Below, piece by piece: positions 36,438-46,595 of a stretch of DNA of 64,000 nucleotides. Location of the stretch: assembly GCA_964596925.1 (NCBI GenBank), contig CAZQWQ010000072.1, forward strand, positions 576,305-640,304, written 5' to 3'. The DNA is from an uncultured Gemmatimonadaceae bacterium (GTDB taxonomy: Bacteria; Gemmatimonadota; Gemmatimonadetes; Gemmatimonadales; GWC2-71-9). A program made the translations under genes and the position numbers. A model generated the notes under the pieces. That model saw only the letters and a list, made by a program, of their open reading frames with translations, was not told where the DNA came from and did not search any database. How positions within the stretch are numbered: position 1 is the stretch's first letter; each line of letters begins with the position of its first letter.

Positions 36438-37787
36438 ATGCATGCCTATCCTCAAGGCCACGTCTTTTACCGTCGGCTGACGAAGTCCTTTCCGCGCATC
36501 GTGCGCGGCGAAGGCTGTTGGCTCGAAGACGCCGACGGCAAGCGGTACCTCGACGCGGTGGGGGGCGCCTTCGTCGCGTCGCTCGGGCACGGAAACCACG
36601 AGATCGCCGACGCGCTGGCCGACCAGGCGCGGCAGGTGGCCTACGTGAACGGCACCGCGTTCACGACCGAGCCAGCTGAAGCGCTGGCGGCGGAGTTAGC
36701 CCCGACGCTCCCCGGCGACTTGAGCCACCTGTATTTCCTCTCGAGCGGCTCTGAAGCGGTAGAAGCGGCGCTGAAGCTCGCACGTCAATACTGGGTCGAA
36801 CGGGGCGCTCCGCGGAAGCACAAGATCATCGCGTTGTCTCCGGCGTATCACGGCAACACGCTGCTGGCGCTCTCGGCGTCGGCACGCGAGCACTACCAGG
36901 CCGTTTTCCAAAGCTGGCTCGTGGACGTGGTGCGCGTGCCCGTTCCCTGCTATCGCTGCTCGTGCGGCGGGGATGATGCGAGCTGCCTTACCTGTACCGG
37001 TGCGGCGCTCGAGGAAGCCATCGTCCAGGCCGGAGCCGACACCGTCGCCGCGTTCATCGCCGAGCCCGTGGGCGGATCCTCTACCGGGGCGGCGGTGCCG
37101 CGACCCGACTACTTCCGGGTCGTCCGCGAAGTGTGCGATCGCCACGAGGTGCTGTTCATCGCGGACGAGGTGCTGTGCGGCGCAGGACGGACCGGGACGT
37201 GGTGGGCGATCGAGCGGTTCGGCGTGGCGCCCGACCTCATGACCATCGGCAAAGGCATCGCGGGTGGCTACGCTCCCCTCTCCGGGGTGGCGGCCCCGCG
37301 GCGCATCGTCGATGTGCTGGCTGAAGGATCGGGAGCGCTGCTCCATGCCCAGACTTTCTCCTTCCATCCGGTCGCGTGCGCTGCCGGGCTCGCCACGGTG
37401 CGGGCGCTGAAAGCGCGCAAGCTGGCGCAGCGATGCGCCGAGCTGGGCGATCTGCTGCACGCGAAGCTCGCAGGGCTCGTGGGTCTCCCGCACGTGGGTG
37501 CGGTGCGCGGCCGCGGGCTGTTGGCGGGCGTCGAGTTCGTGAACGACACGAAGACCGGCGCACCGCTGCCGCGGGCCCTGCGCTTTGCCGAGACCTTTGC
37601 CGAGCAGGCGCTCGCCTCTGGTCTCGTCGTCTGGCCCAACGTCGGGCACGTCGACGGCCGCAACGGGGACCTCGCGATGCTGGCGCCGCCCTTCATCGTG
37701 ACCGAGGAGGAGCTGGACGAGCTCGTCGCACGCTTTGCCGCGGCCCTGGACCGCACGCTCTCGACGCTCGCCGCCGGGGTGGCATGA
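36438..37787 (+). CDS. class-III (omega) aminotransferase
   Basis: 'GEGCWLEDADGKRYLDAVGGAFVASLGHGN', 'FIAEPVGGS' and 'IADEVLCGAGRTGTWWA' are PLP fold-type I class III motifs. Confidence 0.9.
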   Translation: MHAYPQGHVFYRRLTKSFPRIVRGEGCWLEDADGKRYLDAVGGAFVASLGHGNHEIADALADQARQVAYVNGTAFTTEPAEALAAELAPTLPGDLSHLYFLSSGSEAVEAALKLARQYWVERGAPRKHKIIALSPAYHGNTLLALSASAREHYQAVFQSWLVDVVRVPVPCYRCSCGGDDASCLTCTGAALEEAIVQAGADTVAAFIAEPVGGSSTGAAVPRPDYFRVVREVCDRHEVLFIADEVLCGAGRTGTWWAIERFGVAPDLMTIGKGIAGGYAPLSGVAAPRRIVDVLAEGSGALLHAQTFSFHPVACAAGLATVRALKARKLAQRCAELGDLLHAKLAGLVGLPHVGAVRGRGLLAGVEFVNDTKTGAPLPRALRFAETFAEQALASGLVVWPNVGHVDGRNGDLAMLAPPFIVTEEELDELVARFAAALDRTLSTLAAGVA

Positions 37788-39343
37788 CCAAGGTCACCTA
37801 CACCTCCGCCAACGTGGATCTGGAGGTGTTCCACCGCGACTTCGACGCCGCCTTGGCCGGCGTGCGCGCGGCCGCGGGCGGCGAGCATCCCAACATCATC
37901 GGAGGCGAGCCGGTAAGGGCGCCGGGCGCTCCGTTGGTGGACGTCACCCCCATCGACACGAGCGTGGTGCTGGGCCGCTTTGCCGCGGCGCGGCCGGCGG
38001 AGGTGGATCGCGCGGTGACCAAGGCGCGGGCGGCGCAGCCGGACTGGGCCCGCACGCCCTGGCGCCAGCGCGTGGACATCCTGCGAAAGGCAGCGGCGCT
38101 GATCCGCGAGCGCAAGTTCGCGCTCGCGGCTCTGATGAGCCTCGAGGTCGGCAAGAACCGGCTCGAGGCGATGGGTGACGCCGAGGAGTCGGCCGACCTG
38201 ATCGACTACTACTGCCAACAGGTCGAAGACGCGAACGGGTTCGTACGCGAGATGGCGCAGCTGACCTCCGTCGAGCACAACGTCGATGTGCTGCGTCCCT
38301 ATGGCGTGTTCGCCTGCATCGCCCCGTTCAATTTTCCGCTCGCGCTGTCGACCGGAATGTCCGCGGCGGCCCTGCTCGCCGGCAACGCGGTGGTGTACAA
38401 GCCGTCCGAGGACGCTCCCTGGACCGGCCTGAGGCTCTACGAGATCTACCGCGACGCGGGGCTGCCGCCGGGGATATTTCACTTTGTCGTCGGCCGGCGC
38501 GAGGAGATCGGCGATGCGATGTGGCAGCATCCCGGGGTGGACGGCGTGGTGTTCACCGGCTCGAAGGCGGTGGGGCTCCGCATCCACCACGGAATCTCCA
38601 CGGGGTGGATCAAGCCGGGTCTCATGGAACTGGGCGGCAAGAACGCCTGCCTCGTGATGGAATCGGCGGATCTCGACGCCGCCGCGGAGGGGGTCATGCG
38701 CTCGGCGTTCGGGTTGCAGAATCAGAAGTGCAGCGCCACGTCGCGCGTGTACGTGCACCGCGCCGTCGCCGCGCCGTTCGTCGAACGGCTGCTGGAGAAG
38801 ACCGCGGCCATGGCGATCGGCGATCCCACCGCGCGCGACGTGTACTTCGGCCCGGTGATCAACGAGCGTGCCGTCGCTCGCTACGAGCAGGCGGTAGCGC
38901 AGGCCACGACGGAAGGCAGCATCCTCACGGGTGGGCGCCGGCTCACCGAGGGGGCGCTCGCGCGGGGCCACTACGTGGCACCCACGGTCGCGCGGCTCTC
39001 GCTCGAGAGCACGCTGTTTCAGAACGAGCTGTTCGTGCCACTGCTCGCGGTCGGCGAAATCACGAGCCTCGACGCCGCGATCGCGGAGGCCAACCGGGCC
39101 GAGTACGGGCTCACGGCGGGCATTTTCACGAGCAAGCAAGGCGAGATCGACCGGTTCTTCGATGAGGTCCAGGCGGGGGTGTGCTATGTCAACAAGCGCA
39201 GCGGCGCTACCACCGGCGCCTGGCCCGGCGCGCAGGCGTTCTGTGGCTGGAAAGGCTCCGGCGCGACCGGGAAGGGTGGGTGCGGTCCCTATTACGTCGC
39301 GCAGTTCATGCGCGAGCAGAGCCGGACGGTGATTTCGACATGA
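37784..39343 (+). CDS. aldehyde dehydrogenase, L-glutamate gamma-semialdehyde (P5C) dehydrogenase-like (RocA/PruA type)
   Basis: ATGA overlap. 'EVGKNRLEAMGDAEESADLIDYY' parallels the P5CDH-specific segment. 'MELGGKNA' and catalytic 'NQKCSATSRVYV' are present. Confidence 0.85.
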   Translation: MTKVTYTSANVDLEVFHRDFDAALAGVRAAAGGEHPNIIGGEPVRAPGAPLVDVTPIDTSVVLGRFAAARPAEVDRAVTKARAAQPDWARTPWRQRVDILRKAAALIRERKFALAALMSLEVGKNRLEAMGDAEESADLIDYYCQQVEDANGFVREMAQLTSVEHNVDVLRPYGVFACIAPFNFPLALSTGMSAAALLAGNAVVYKPSEDAPWTGLRLYEIYRDAGLPPGIFHFVVGRREEIGDAMWQHPGVDGVVFTGSKAVGLRIHHGISTGWIKPGLMELGGKNACLVMESADLDAAAEGVMRSAFGLQNQKCSATSRVYVHRAVAAPFVERLLEKTAAMAIGDPTARDVYFGPVINERAVARYEQAVAQATTEGSILTGGRRLTEGALARGHYVAPTVARLSLESTLFQNELFVPLLAVGEITSLDAAIAEANRAEYGLTAGIFTSKQGEIDRFFDEVQAGVCYVNKRSGATTGAWPGAQAFCGWKGSGATGKGGCGPYYVAQFMREQSRTVIST

Positions 39344-40680
39344 CCGCTTCCCGCGACTATCCCCGCATCGTCGTCCCGCCGCCCGGTCCGAAGGCGAAGG
39401 CCGTGGTGGCGCAGCACGACCAATGGGCGTCTACCTCGTATCCGAAGGAGTATCCGCTCGTGATCGCGGGCGGCGACCGGGCCATGGTCGAGGACGTGGA
39501 CGGCAATCGCTTTCTCGATTTCATGGCCGGGATCGCCGTGACATCCACCGGTTACAACCACCCCAAGGTGGTCGCGGCGGTGCGCGAGGCGGCCGGGAAG
39601 TTCCTGCACATCTGCGGCGCCGATTTCTACTTCGAAGGGTTCGCCCGCCTGTGCGAGCGGCTGGCGAAGCTCGCGCCAGGGCGGAGCAAGAAACGCGTGT
39701 TTCTCTCGAATTCCGGAGCCGAAGCCGTGGAGGGAGCGATGAAGCTCGCCCGGCATTCGACCGGTCGGGCGGCGTTCGTCGCGTTCAGCGGGTCGTTTCA
39801 CGGCCGCACCTACGGCGCGTTGTCGCTCACGGCGAGCAAGGCCGTTCAGCGATCGGGGTTCGGACCGTTCCTCCCCGAGGTGTACCACGTCCCGTACGCC
39901 TACCCGTACCGTTGCGATTTCTGCCGCGGCGAGGATGCGTGCACCCAGGCGTGCGTGACCAACATCGAAGCGGACCTGTTCGCCCGACGCCTCGACCCCA
40001 AGAACGTCGCGGCCATCGTGGTGGAGCCGGTGCAGGGGGAAGGCGGCTATGTCGTTCCGCCCAAAGGGTTCCTGCCCGACCTGCGCGCGCTGTGCGACCG
40101 CCACGGCATTCTATTGATCTGTGACGAAGTGCAGTCGGGGGTGGGTCGCACCGGGAAGATGTTCGCGTGCGAGCACGAGGGCGTCGAGCCCGACATCATC
40201 ACCGTCGCGAAGGGGCTCGGGTCCGGGATGCCGATCGGCGCGCTCATCGCCAAGGAATCGGTGATGAAGTGGGGGCCCGGGGCGCACGGCTCGACGTTCG
40301 GAGGCAATCCAGTATGTTGCGCCGCCGCGCTTGCGACGCTCGATCTCGTCGAAGGGGAGTTCATGGCCAACGCCCGAACCATGGGCGCGCGCCTACTCGC
40401 CGGCGCGCAGCGCCTCGGCGAGAAGCATCGCACGATCGGCCAAGTCCGCGGCCTCGGCCTGATGATCGGGATCGAATTCGTGAAGGACCGGACGACGCGC
40501 GAGCCGTATCCCGAGCTCGTCGCGAAGCTCGAACGGCTAGCGTTCGCCAAAGGACTGCTCCTGCTCGGTGCCGGGAAGAGCTCGCTGCGCCTGGCCCCGC
40601 CTTTGGTGGTAGACGAGTACGATGTCGATACGGCGCTCGCCATCATCGACCAGTGTCTCGTTGAATTGGCTGATGGCTGA
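39340..40680 (+). CDS. class-III aminotransferase (4-aminobutyrate/acetylornithine/ornithine aminotransferase-like)
   Basis: ATGA overlap. 'DVDGNRFLDFMAGIAVTSTGYNHP', 'VEPVQGEGG' and 'ICDEVQSGVGRTGKMFA' are present. Confidence 0.88.
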   Translation: MTASRDYPRIVVPPPGPKAKAVVAQHDQWASTSYPKEYPLVIAGGDRAMVEDVDGNRFLDFMAGIAVTSTGYNHPKVVAAVREAAGKFLHICGADFYFEGFARLCERLAKLAPGRSKKRVFLSNSGAEAVEGAMKLARHSTGRAAFVAFSGSFHGRTYGALSLTASKAVQRSGFGPFLPEVYHVPYAYPYRCDFCRGEDACTQACVTNIEADLFARRLDPKNVAAIVVEPVQGEGGYVVPPKGFLPDLRALCDRHGILLICDEVQSGVGRTGKMFACEHEGVEPDIITVAKGLGSGMPIGALIAKESVMKWGPGAHGSTFGGNPVCCAAALATLDLVEGEFMANARTMGARLLAGAQRLGEKHRTIGQVRGLGLMIGIEFVKDRTTREPYPELVAKLERLAFAKGLLLLGAGKSSLRLAPPLVVDEYDVDTALAIIDQCLVELADG

Positions 40681-40686
40681 CGGCTG

Positions 40687-41601
40687 ATGGCTGAAAGCGT
40701 CTCGAAGGTCCTCTCGATGCACGACGCGATCGCGCGCTACGTCCGAGACGGCGACGCCGTCGTCATCGAAGGATTCACTCACCTCATCTGCTTCGCGGCC
40801 GGGCACGAAATCATCCGCCAGCGCCGTCGCGACCTGACGCTGTGTCGCCTCACGCCCGACCTGATCTATGACCAGATGATCGCCGCCGGGTGCGCCAGGA
40901 AGCTCGTCTTCTCCTGGGCGGGCAATCCCGGTGTTGGGTCGCTGCACGCGTTCCGGCGCGCCGTGGAAGGCTCGGGTAGCCCGCTCGAGCTCGAGGAGTA
41001 CTCGCACTTCGGCATGGTGGCCCGATTCTCGGCGGGTGCCGCGCGCCTGCCGTTCTGGCCGCTGCGCGACTACGCCGGCACCGACCTGCCCAAGGCAAAC
41101 CCGCTCATCCGCACCGTCACGTGTCCCTATACAGGCGTCCGGCTCGCCACCGTCCCCGCTCTGAACCCCGATGTCACCATCGTCCATGCCCAGCGGGCTG
41201 ACGCGGAGGGCAACACGCAGATCTGGGGACTGCTCGGCGTCCAGAAGGAAGCGGCGTTCGCCTCCAAACGGGTCATCGTCGTGGTGGAGGAGCTGGTGGA
41301 CACCGCGGTCATCCGCGCGGACCCGAACCGCACGCTGATTCCCGGCATCGCCGTGTCCGCGGTCGTGGTGGAGCCCTGGGGCGCGCATCCGTCATACGCA
41401 CACGGCTACTACGATCGCGACAACGACTTCTACGTCGCCTGGGAAGCGATCTCGCGCGACTCAGCGCGACTGGCCGATTACCTCGCAGAGTACGTGTATG
41501 GCGTGCCGGATCGGGCGGCCTACATGGCGAAACATCCCGGCCTCACCGATCGCCTCACGGCGCGCAGCCAGGTATGCGCGGGGGTGAACTACGGGTTCTA
41601 G
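40687..41601 (+). CDS. CoA-transferase subunit A (glutaconate/3-oxoacid CoA-transferase family)
   Basis: 'MHDAIARYVRDGDAVVIEGF' and 'GNPGVGSLHAFRRAVE' match class I CoA-transferase alpha features. It is paired with the subunit B gene. Confidence 0.8.
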   Translation: MAESVSKVLSMHDAIARYVRDGDAVVIEGFTHLICFAAGHEIIRQRRRDLTLCRLTPDLIYDQMIAAGCARKLVFSWAGNPGVGSLHAFRRAVEGSGSPLELEEYSHFGMVARFSAGAARLPFWPLRDYAGTDLPKANPLIRTVTCPYTGVRLATVPALNPDVTIVHAQRADAEGNTQIWGLLGVQKEAAFASKRVIVVVEELVDTAVIRADPNRTLIPGIAVSAVVVEPWGAHPSYAHGYYDRDNDFYVAWEAISRDSARLADYLAEYVYGVPDRAAYMAKHPGLTDRLTARSQVCAGVNYGF

Positions 41602-41620
41602 CACCTACACCCCCGACGAG

Positions 41621-42364
41621 ATGATGGCAGCCGTGGCCGCCCGCGAGCTTGCCGACGGCGAGGTCGTGTTCGTCGGCATCGGGCTCCCCAATCTCGCCTG
41701 CAACCTCGCGCGCGCGACGCACGCCCCGAACCTGGTCCTGATTTACGAATCCGGCGCCGTCGGCGCGTCGCCATCGCGGCTCCCCGTCTCGATCGGCGAC
41801 CCGGCGCTCGTCACCGGATCGCTGATGGTGTGCGGCATGGCCGACGTGTTTCAGCTGTTCTTGCAGAACGGTCGCATCGAAGTCGGGTTTCTGGGCGGCG
41901 CGCAGGTGGACCGCTGGGGGAACATCAACACCACGGTAATCGGGGATTACGCGCGGCCGAAAGTCCGGCTTCCCGGATCGGGCGGCGCCTCGGAGATCGC
42001 GGCACACGCTCATCGCACACTGGTGATGGCGAAGCTCGACCCGCGTACCTTTCCCGAGCACGTGGATTTTCTCACGAGTCCCGGGCACCGCTGCCGCGGG
42101 ATCCCGCGTCGCGAGCTGGGTCTCCCCGGCGCCGGACCGGTGAAGGTGATCACCGACAAGGCCGTCCTCGAGGCGGACCCCAAGAAGGGTGAGCTCGTGC
42201 TTGCGGCGCTCTACCCCGGCGTGCGTCCCGAGGAGGTCCGCGCCGGTGTGGGCTGGGAGCTGCGGACGCGCACGACCCTGCTCGAGCTGCCGCCACCCAC
42301 CGCGCGCGACCTGCAGCTGCTGCGCGAGGTGTTGGATCCGCGCAAACTCTATCTGAAGGGTTGA
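41621..42364 (+). CDS. CoA-transferase subunit B
   Basis: 'VVFVGIGLPNLACNLA' and 'LIYESGAVG' (the ESG catalytic-Glu motif of glutaconate-type transferases) are present. Confidence 0.8.
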   Translation: MMAAVAARELADGEVVFVGIGLPNLACNLARATHAPNLVLIYESGAVGASPSRLPVSIGDPALVTGSLMVCGMADVFQLFLQNGRIEVGFLGGAQVDRWGNINTTVIGDYARPKVRLPGSGGASEIAAHAHRTLVMAKLDPRTFPEHVDFLTSPGHRCRGIPRRELGLPGAGPVKVITDKAVLEADPKKGELVLAALYPGVRPEEVRAGVGWELRTRTTLLELPPPTARDLQLLREVLDPRKLYLKG

Positions 42365-42370
42365 GCGCGC

Positions 42371-42835
42371 GTGGCGGAGTCGGCCAGGACTCGGTGGACC
42401 CGCTGGAGATTCAACTATCTGTTCCCGGCGTTTCGGCGCACCGGCGGCCGGATCACCTACATCGCCGATGACTGGCGCGAGGTGCGGGTCGAGCTGCCGC
42501 TGAACTGGGCGACCAGGAACTACGTCGGCACGATATTCGGCGGCAGTCTCTATGTCGCGGCGGACGGGCACCTCATGGTCATGTTGATCAACCTGCTCGG
42601 GCCGGGCTACGTGGTCTGGGACAAGGCAGCCACCATCCGCTTCAGGAAGCCTGGCCGGACTACCCTCTACGCGCGCTTCGCGATCGACGAGCGTGAAACA
42701 ACCGCGATCCGGGAGCTGCTGGGGCTTCAGCCAAAGATCGATCGACTCTATCAGGTCGATTGGACTGACCGTGTGGGTCTGGTCCACGCGTCCATGGAAA
42801 AGACGATCCATATCCGACGCAAGGAGGCACCGTGA
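42371..42835 (+). CDS. hotdog-fold protein (DUF4442/YiiD_C-like putative thioesterase)
   Basis: GTG start. 'NYVGTIFGGSLYVAADGHLMVML' and 'IRFRKPGRTTLYARF' fit the DUF4442 pattern. Confidence 0.65.
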   Translation: MAESARTRWTRWRFNYLFPAFRRTGGRITYIADDWREVRVELPLNWATRNYVGTIFGGSLYVAADGHLMVMLINLLGPGYVVWDKAATIRFRKPGRTTLYARFAIDERETTAIRELLGLQPKIDRLYQVDWTDRVGLVHASMEKTIHIRRKEAP

Positions 42836-44052
42836 TCCGGCCCATTGGCATCGTGACGCTGCTCGTGGTAGCGACCTCGTTCGGGTCGGCCTACGGGCAA
42901 GCCAAGCCGCGCGCCCGCGACCTGGGCGTGCCGTTCGACGGCACGCCCGGCCCGCTGAACGGGATCACCGACGTCCCCGGCGTCGAAGTCGGCCACGCGA
43001 CGATCATCTTGGGAAGCGGGCCGCTGGTCTTGGGGAAGGGGCCGGTGCGGACCGGGGTCACCGCAATTCTGCCGCGGGGCAGGACCTCAGGCGATCCAGT
43101 GATGGCCGGATGGTTCACCTTGAACGGCAACGGCGAGATGACCGGCACCACCTGGATCGAGGAGTCCGGGTTCCTCGGCGGCCCGGTGATGATCACCAAC
43201 ACGCACTCGGTGGGCGTGGTGCACGACGCGGTGATCGAGTGGCTGGTGCGGCACGGCTTCGATTTCGACTGGTCGCTGCCGGTCGTCGCCGAGACGTGGG
43301 ACGGCAGTCTCAACGACATCAACGGATTTCATGTCACCAAGCAACACACGTTTGCGGCGCTGGACAGCGCGCGCGGTGGGCCCGTGGCAGAAGGGAACGT
43401 GGGCGGCGGGACAGGCATGGTGTGTCACCAGTTCAAGGGCGGCATCGGCACGGCGTCGCGCCGGTTTTCGATCGAGGACAAGAGCTACATGCTCGGCGTC
43501 CTGGTGCAATGCAATTACGGCTCGCGCCGCCTGCTCCGGATCGCCGGCGTTCCTGTCGGCGCCGAGATCCCCGATCAAACCCCGTGCCTCGACACGACTG
43601 GCCCCGCCACCGAGCGAGAGCGACCCGCCCGCTGCGCTACTGGACCGGGCCCGAGCGGCATGGAGCCCGAAGAGACCGGCTCGATCATCGTCGTCGTGGC
43701 GACCGACGCCCCGCTCCTGCCACACCAGCTCAAACGAGTGGCCAAGCGGGTCACGCTGGGTATCGGGAAGATGGGTGGGTTAGGGGGGAACAGCTCGGGT
43801 GACATCTTCGTGGCGTTTTCCACCGCGAACCCCAACGCCGCCTCGCCGACTGGCCACCCGAACGTCACCTTCATTCCGAACGAGGGGATCAATGCCGTGT
43901 TCGAGGCGACGGTCCAGGCGACCGAGGAGTCGATCGTCAACGCACTGGTCGCCGCCGAGACGATGAAAGGCGCCAACGACCTCCGGGTGACAGCGTTGCC
44001 CCACGACCGGCTGCGCGACGTGTTGCGGCGCTACAACCGTCTGACCCGTTGA
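42832..44052 (+). CDS. P1/S58 family peptidase (DmpA-type L-aminopeptidase/D-esterase), secreted
   Basis: GTGA overlap. Signal 'IVTLLVVATSFGSAYGQ'. 'GITDVPGVEVGH', 'NGNGEMTG' and 'NVGGGTGMVCHQFKGGIGTASR' are present. Confidence 0.85.
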   Translation: MIRPIGIVTLLVVATSFGSAYGQAKPRARDLGVPFDGTPGPLNGITDVPGVEVGHATIILGSGPLVLGKGPVRTGVTAILPRGRTSGDPVMAGWFTLNGNGEMTGTTWIEESGFLGGPVMITNTHSVGVVHDAVIEWLVRHGFDFDWSLPVVAETWDGSLNDINGFHVTKQHTFAALDSARGGPVAEGNVGGGTGMVCHQFKGGIGTASRRFSIEDKSYMLGVLVQCNYGSRRLLRIAGVPVGAEIPDQTPCLDTTGPATERERPARCATGPGPSGMEPEETGSIIVVVATDAPLLPHQLKRVAKRVTLGIGKMGGLGGNSSGDIFVAFSTANPNAASPTGHPNVTFIPNEGINAVFEATVQATEESIVNALVAAETMKGANDLRVTALPHDRLRDVLRRYNRLTR

Positions 44053-46595
44053 TGCGACGCGTCCGGGCGCTGGCCGTACTCGCCCTCGCGGCCGGTGCGC
44101 CGCTCGCCGCGCAGCGTGACACCGTGCTGCGCCAGGTGAGGCTGCCGCACACCTACTATTGGCTCGAGATGTACGTGCCGCAAGTCACGAGCGGGCCGAG
44201 TGGGGCGTCGTGGTCGCCCGACGGGCGGGAGCTCGTCTATTCGATGCAGGGGTCGTTGTGGCGCCAGACAGTGGGCGACACCGTCGCGGTGCAGCTCACC
44301 GATGGACCAGGGTACGACCTGCAGCCCGACTGGTCTCCCGACGGCCGCCGGATCGTCTTCGCCCGCTGGGTGGGCGACACGATCGAGCTGCAGCTCCTGG
44401 ATCTCGTGAGTGGCGTGATCGCGCCGCTGACCGCGAACGGCGCCGTGAACCTCGACCCGCGCTGGTCGCCGGACGGCGGGCGCATCGCGTTCGTTTCGAG
44501 CGCCGATTTCGGCCGCTGGCACGTGTATGTCGCCACGCTGCGGGGCGGTGGGGACACCATCGCGCGGCTCACCGAGGATCACGACAGCGGTCTACCGCGC
44601 CGCTACTACAGCCGCTACGACCATTACCTCTCTCCCACGTGGTCTCGAGACGGGCGTGAGTTGATCTTCGTCTCGAATCGCGGCCACATTCACGGCTCCG
44701 GTGGGTTCTGGCGGATGAACGCCGAGATCGGAAGCCCGCCGCGCGAGCTGCGCTACGAGGAGACGACGTGGAAGGCGCGCCCCGACTGGTCGCCTGACGG
44801 GAAGCGCGTGGTCTACAGCTCCTACCTCGGCCGCCAGTGGCATCAGCTCTGGCTGATGACTCCCGACGGGGGTGATCCGGTCCAGCTCACCTACGGCGAA
44901 TTTGACGCGACCGCGCCCCGCTGGTCGCCCGACGGCACGCGCATCGCCTACGTGTCGAACGAGGGGGGCAACACGTCGCTGTGGACGGTCGACCTCCCCG
45001 GCGGCAAGCGCACGGCCGTGGTGGCGCCGCTGCGTCGCTATCGGCGCCCCGTTGCCCGGCTGCGCCTCGTCGTCACCGGGGCCGCGAGCGGGCGCCGCGA
45101 GCCGCTGGCGGCGCGCGTCACCGTCACCGGTGCAGACGGCCGCGGCTACGCTCCCGACGACGCTTGGCGCCATGCCGACCTCGCTTTTGATCGCTCGGTG
45201 CGGGCCACGACGTACCAGTATTTCGACGTCGATGGCTCCGCCGAGCTCGTCGTGCCGGCGGGGCGGGTGGTGGTGACGGTGACGCGCGGACCCGAGTACC
45301 GGCCGGTGCGGCGCGAGCTGGACCTCGATGCAGGGACGACCGACACGGTGCCGGTGACGTTGGATCGGCTCGCCGATCTCGCCGCCCTCGGCTGGTGGAG
45401 CGGCGACCTGCATGTCCACATGAACTACGGCGGGTCCTACCGCAACACGCCGGCGCACCTTGTCTTCCAGGCGCGCGCCGAGGATCTCCATGTGGTGGAG
45501 AATCTCATCGTCAACAAGGAGCAGCGGATTCCCGACATCGCGTACTTTCGCCCAGGGGGGGGTCCAGACCCGGCCTCGACGCCGGGGTACCAGCTGTTCC
45601 ACGCGCAGGAGTTTCACACTGGATTCTGGGATCATACCGGAGTGCTGAACCTCCGGGAGCACTTCCTGCTCCCCGACTACGCCGGCTCCGCCAACACGCC
45701 GCTGGCCAGCATCTATCCACCCAACGCCGTCGTCGCGGATCTCGCGCACGCGCAAGGCGGGCTGCTCGGCTACGTCCACCCCTTTGACAGCCGGCCCAAT
45801 CCGTCCGATACGACGGCCGGATTGTCTTCCGAGCTCCCGGTGGATGTGGCGCTCGGGAAGGTGGACTACCTCGAGGTGCTGGGGTTTTCGAATCACCTCA
45901 TCACGTCTGAGGTGTGGTATCGCTTGCTGAACTGCGGTTTCCGCGTTCCGGCGGGAGCGGGGAGCGACGCGTTCCCGAACTTCGCGATGCTGCGCGGCCC
46001 GGTGGGGCTGGCGCGCGTGTACGTCAAGAGCGGACCGTCGCTTGACCACGATCGTTTCCTGACCGGACTGCGGGAGGGCCGCACGTTCGTCACCAACGGC
46101 CCGTTGCTGACGTTCACGGTCGGCGGGCAGGAACCTGGCGAGGAGGTCCGGCTGGCGGCGGCGGGGCGCGTGGCCGCACGGCTCACGCTGCGCTCCAACG
46201 TGCCGGTGGATCACCTGGAGATCATCGGGAATGGGCAGGTCGTGGCATCGATTCCTTTGCGCGGCGACCGCACCGCGGCGGACACCACCGTGCACGTCCC
46301 GGTGCCGCGCAGCGGTTGGCTGGTGCTGCGCGCCTACGGCGACGGCCCGCGCGAGCCGGTGCTCGATCTGTACCCGTTCGCCTCGACGAGCCCGGTCTAC
46401 GTCACCGTGGCTGGAGCGCCGGTCCGGTCTCGTGCCGACGCGGAGTTTTTCGTGCGCTGGATCGATCGGGTGACCGCCGCGACCCAGGCGCACGCGGGAT
46501 GGAATACCACGAGAGAAAAGGACCGCGTGCTGGCCCTGCTCGAGGAAGCGCGGGCCGTCTACGTGGCACGGGCGAAGGAGGGTGGGGACCGATGA
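44052..46595 (+). CDS. secreted PD40 (TolB-like) beta-propeller fused to a CehA/McbA-family (PHP-like) metallohydrolase
   Basis: The ATG overlaps the upstream TGA by 1 nt; the track start at 44049 is a TTG. Six 'WSPDG' blades are present ('WSPDGRELVYS', 'WSPDGRRIVFA', 'WSPDGGRIAFVS', 'WSRDGRELIFVS', 'WSPDGKRVVYSS', 'WSPDGTRIAYVS'). 'WWSGDLHVHMNYGG' is also present. Confidence 0.8.
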   Translation: MRRVRALAVLALAAGAPLAAQRDTVLRQVRLPHTYYWLEMYVPQVTSGPSGASWSPDGRELVYSMQGSLWRQTVGDTVAVQLTDGPGYDLQPDWSPDGRRIVFARWVGDTIELQLLDLVSGVIAPLTANGAVNLDPRWSPDGGRIAFVSSADFGRWHVYVATLRGGGDTIARLTEDHDSGLPRRYYSRYDHYLSPTWSRDGRELIFVSNRGHIHGSGGFWRMNAEIGSPPRELRYEETTWKARPDWSPDGKRVVYSSYLGRQWHQLWLMTPDGGDPVQLTYGEFDATAPRWSPDGTRIAYVSNEGGNTSLWTVDLPGGKRTAVVAPLRRYRRPVARLRLVVTGAASGRREPLAARVTVTGADGRGYAPDDAWRHADLAFDRSVRATTYQYFDVDGSAELVVPAGRVVVTVTRGPEYRPVRRELDLDAGTTDTVPVTLDRLADLAALGWWSGDLHVHMNYGGSYRNTPAHLVFQARAEDLHVVENLIVNKEQRIPDIAYFRPGGGPDPASTPGYQLFHAQEFHTGFWDHTGVLNLREHFLLPDYAGSANTPLASIYPPNAVVADLAHAQGGLLGYVHPFDSRPNPSDTTAGLSSELPVDVALGKVDYLEVLGFSNHLITSEVWYRLLNCGFRVPAGAGSDAFPNFAMLRGPVGLARVYVKSGPSLDHDRFLTGLREGRTFVTNGPLLTFTVGGQEPGEEVRLAAAGRVAARLTLRSNVPVDHLEIIGNGQVVASIPLRGDRTAADTTVHVPVPRSGWLVLRAYGDGPREPVLDLYPFASTSPVYVTVAGAPVRSRADAEFFVRWIDRVTAATQAHAGWNTTREKDRVLALLEEARAVYVARAKEGGDR

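Noticed and set aside
37268-39139. 623-aa minus-strand ORF, and the 681-aa ORF at 44592..46637
   Set aside because: They are antisense to the aldehyde dehydrogenase and the PD40/CehA genes, which carry diagnostic motifs (ELGGKN, catalytic Cys, six WSPDG blades).
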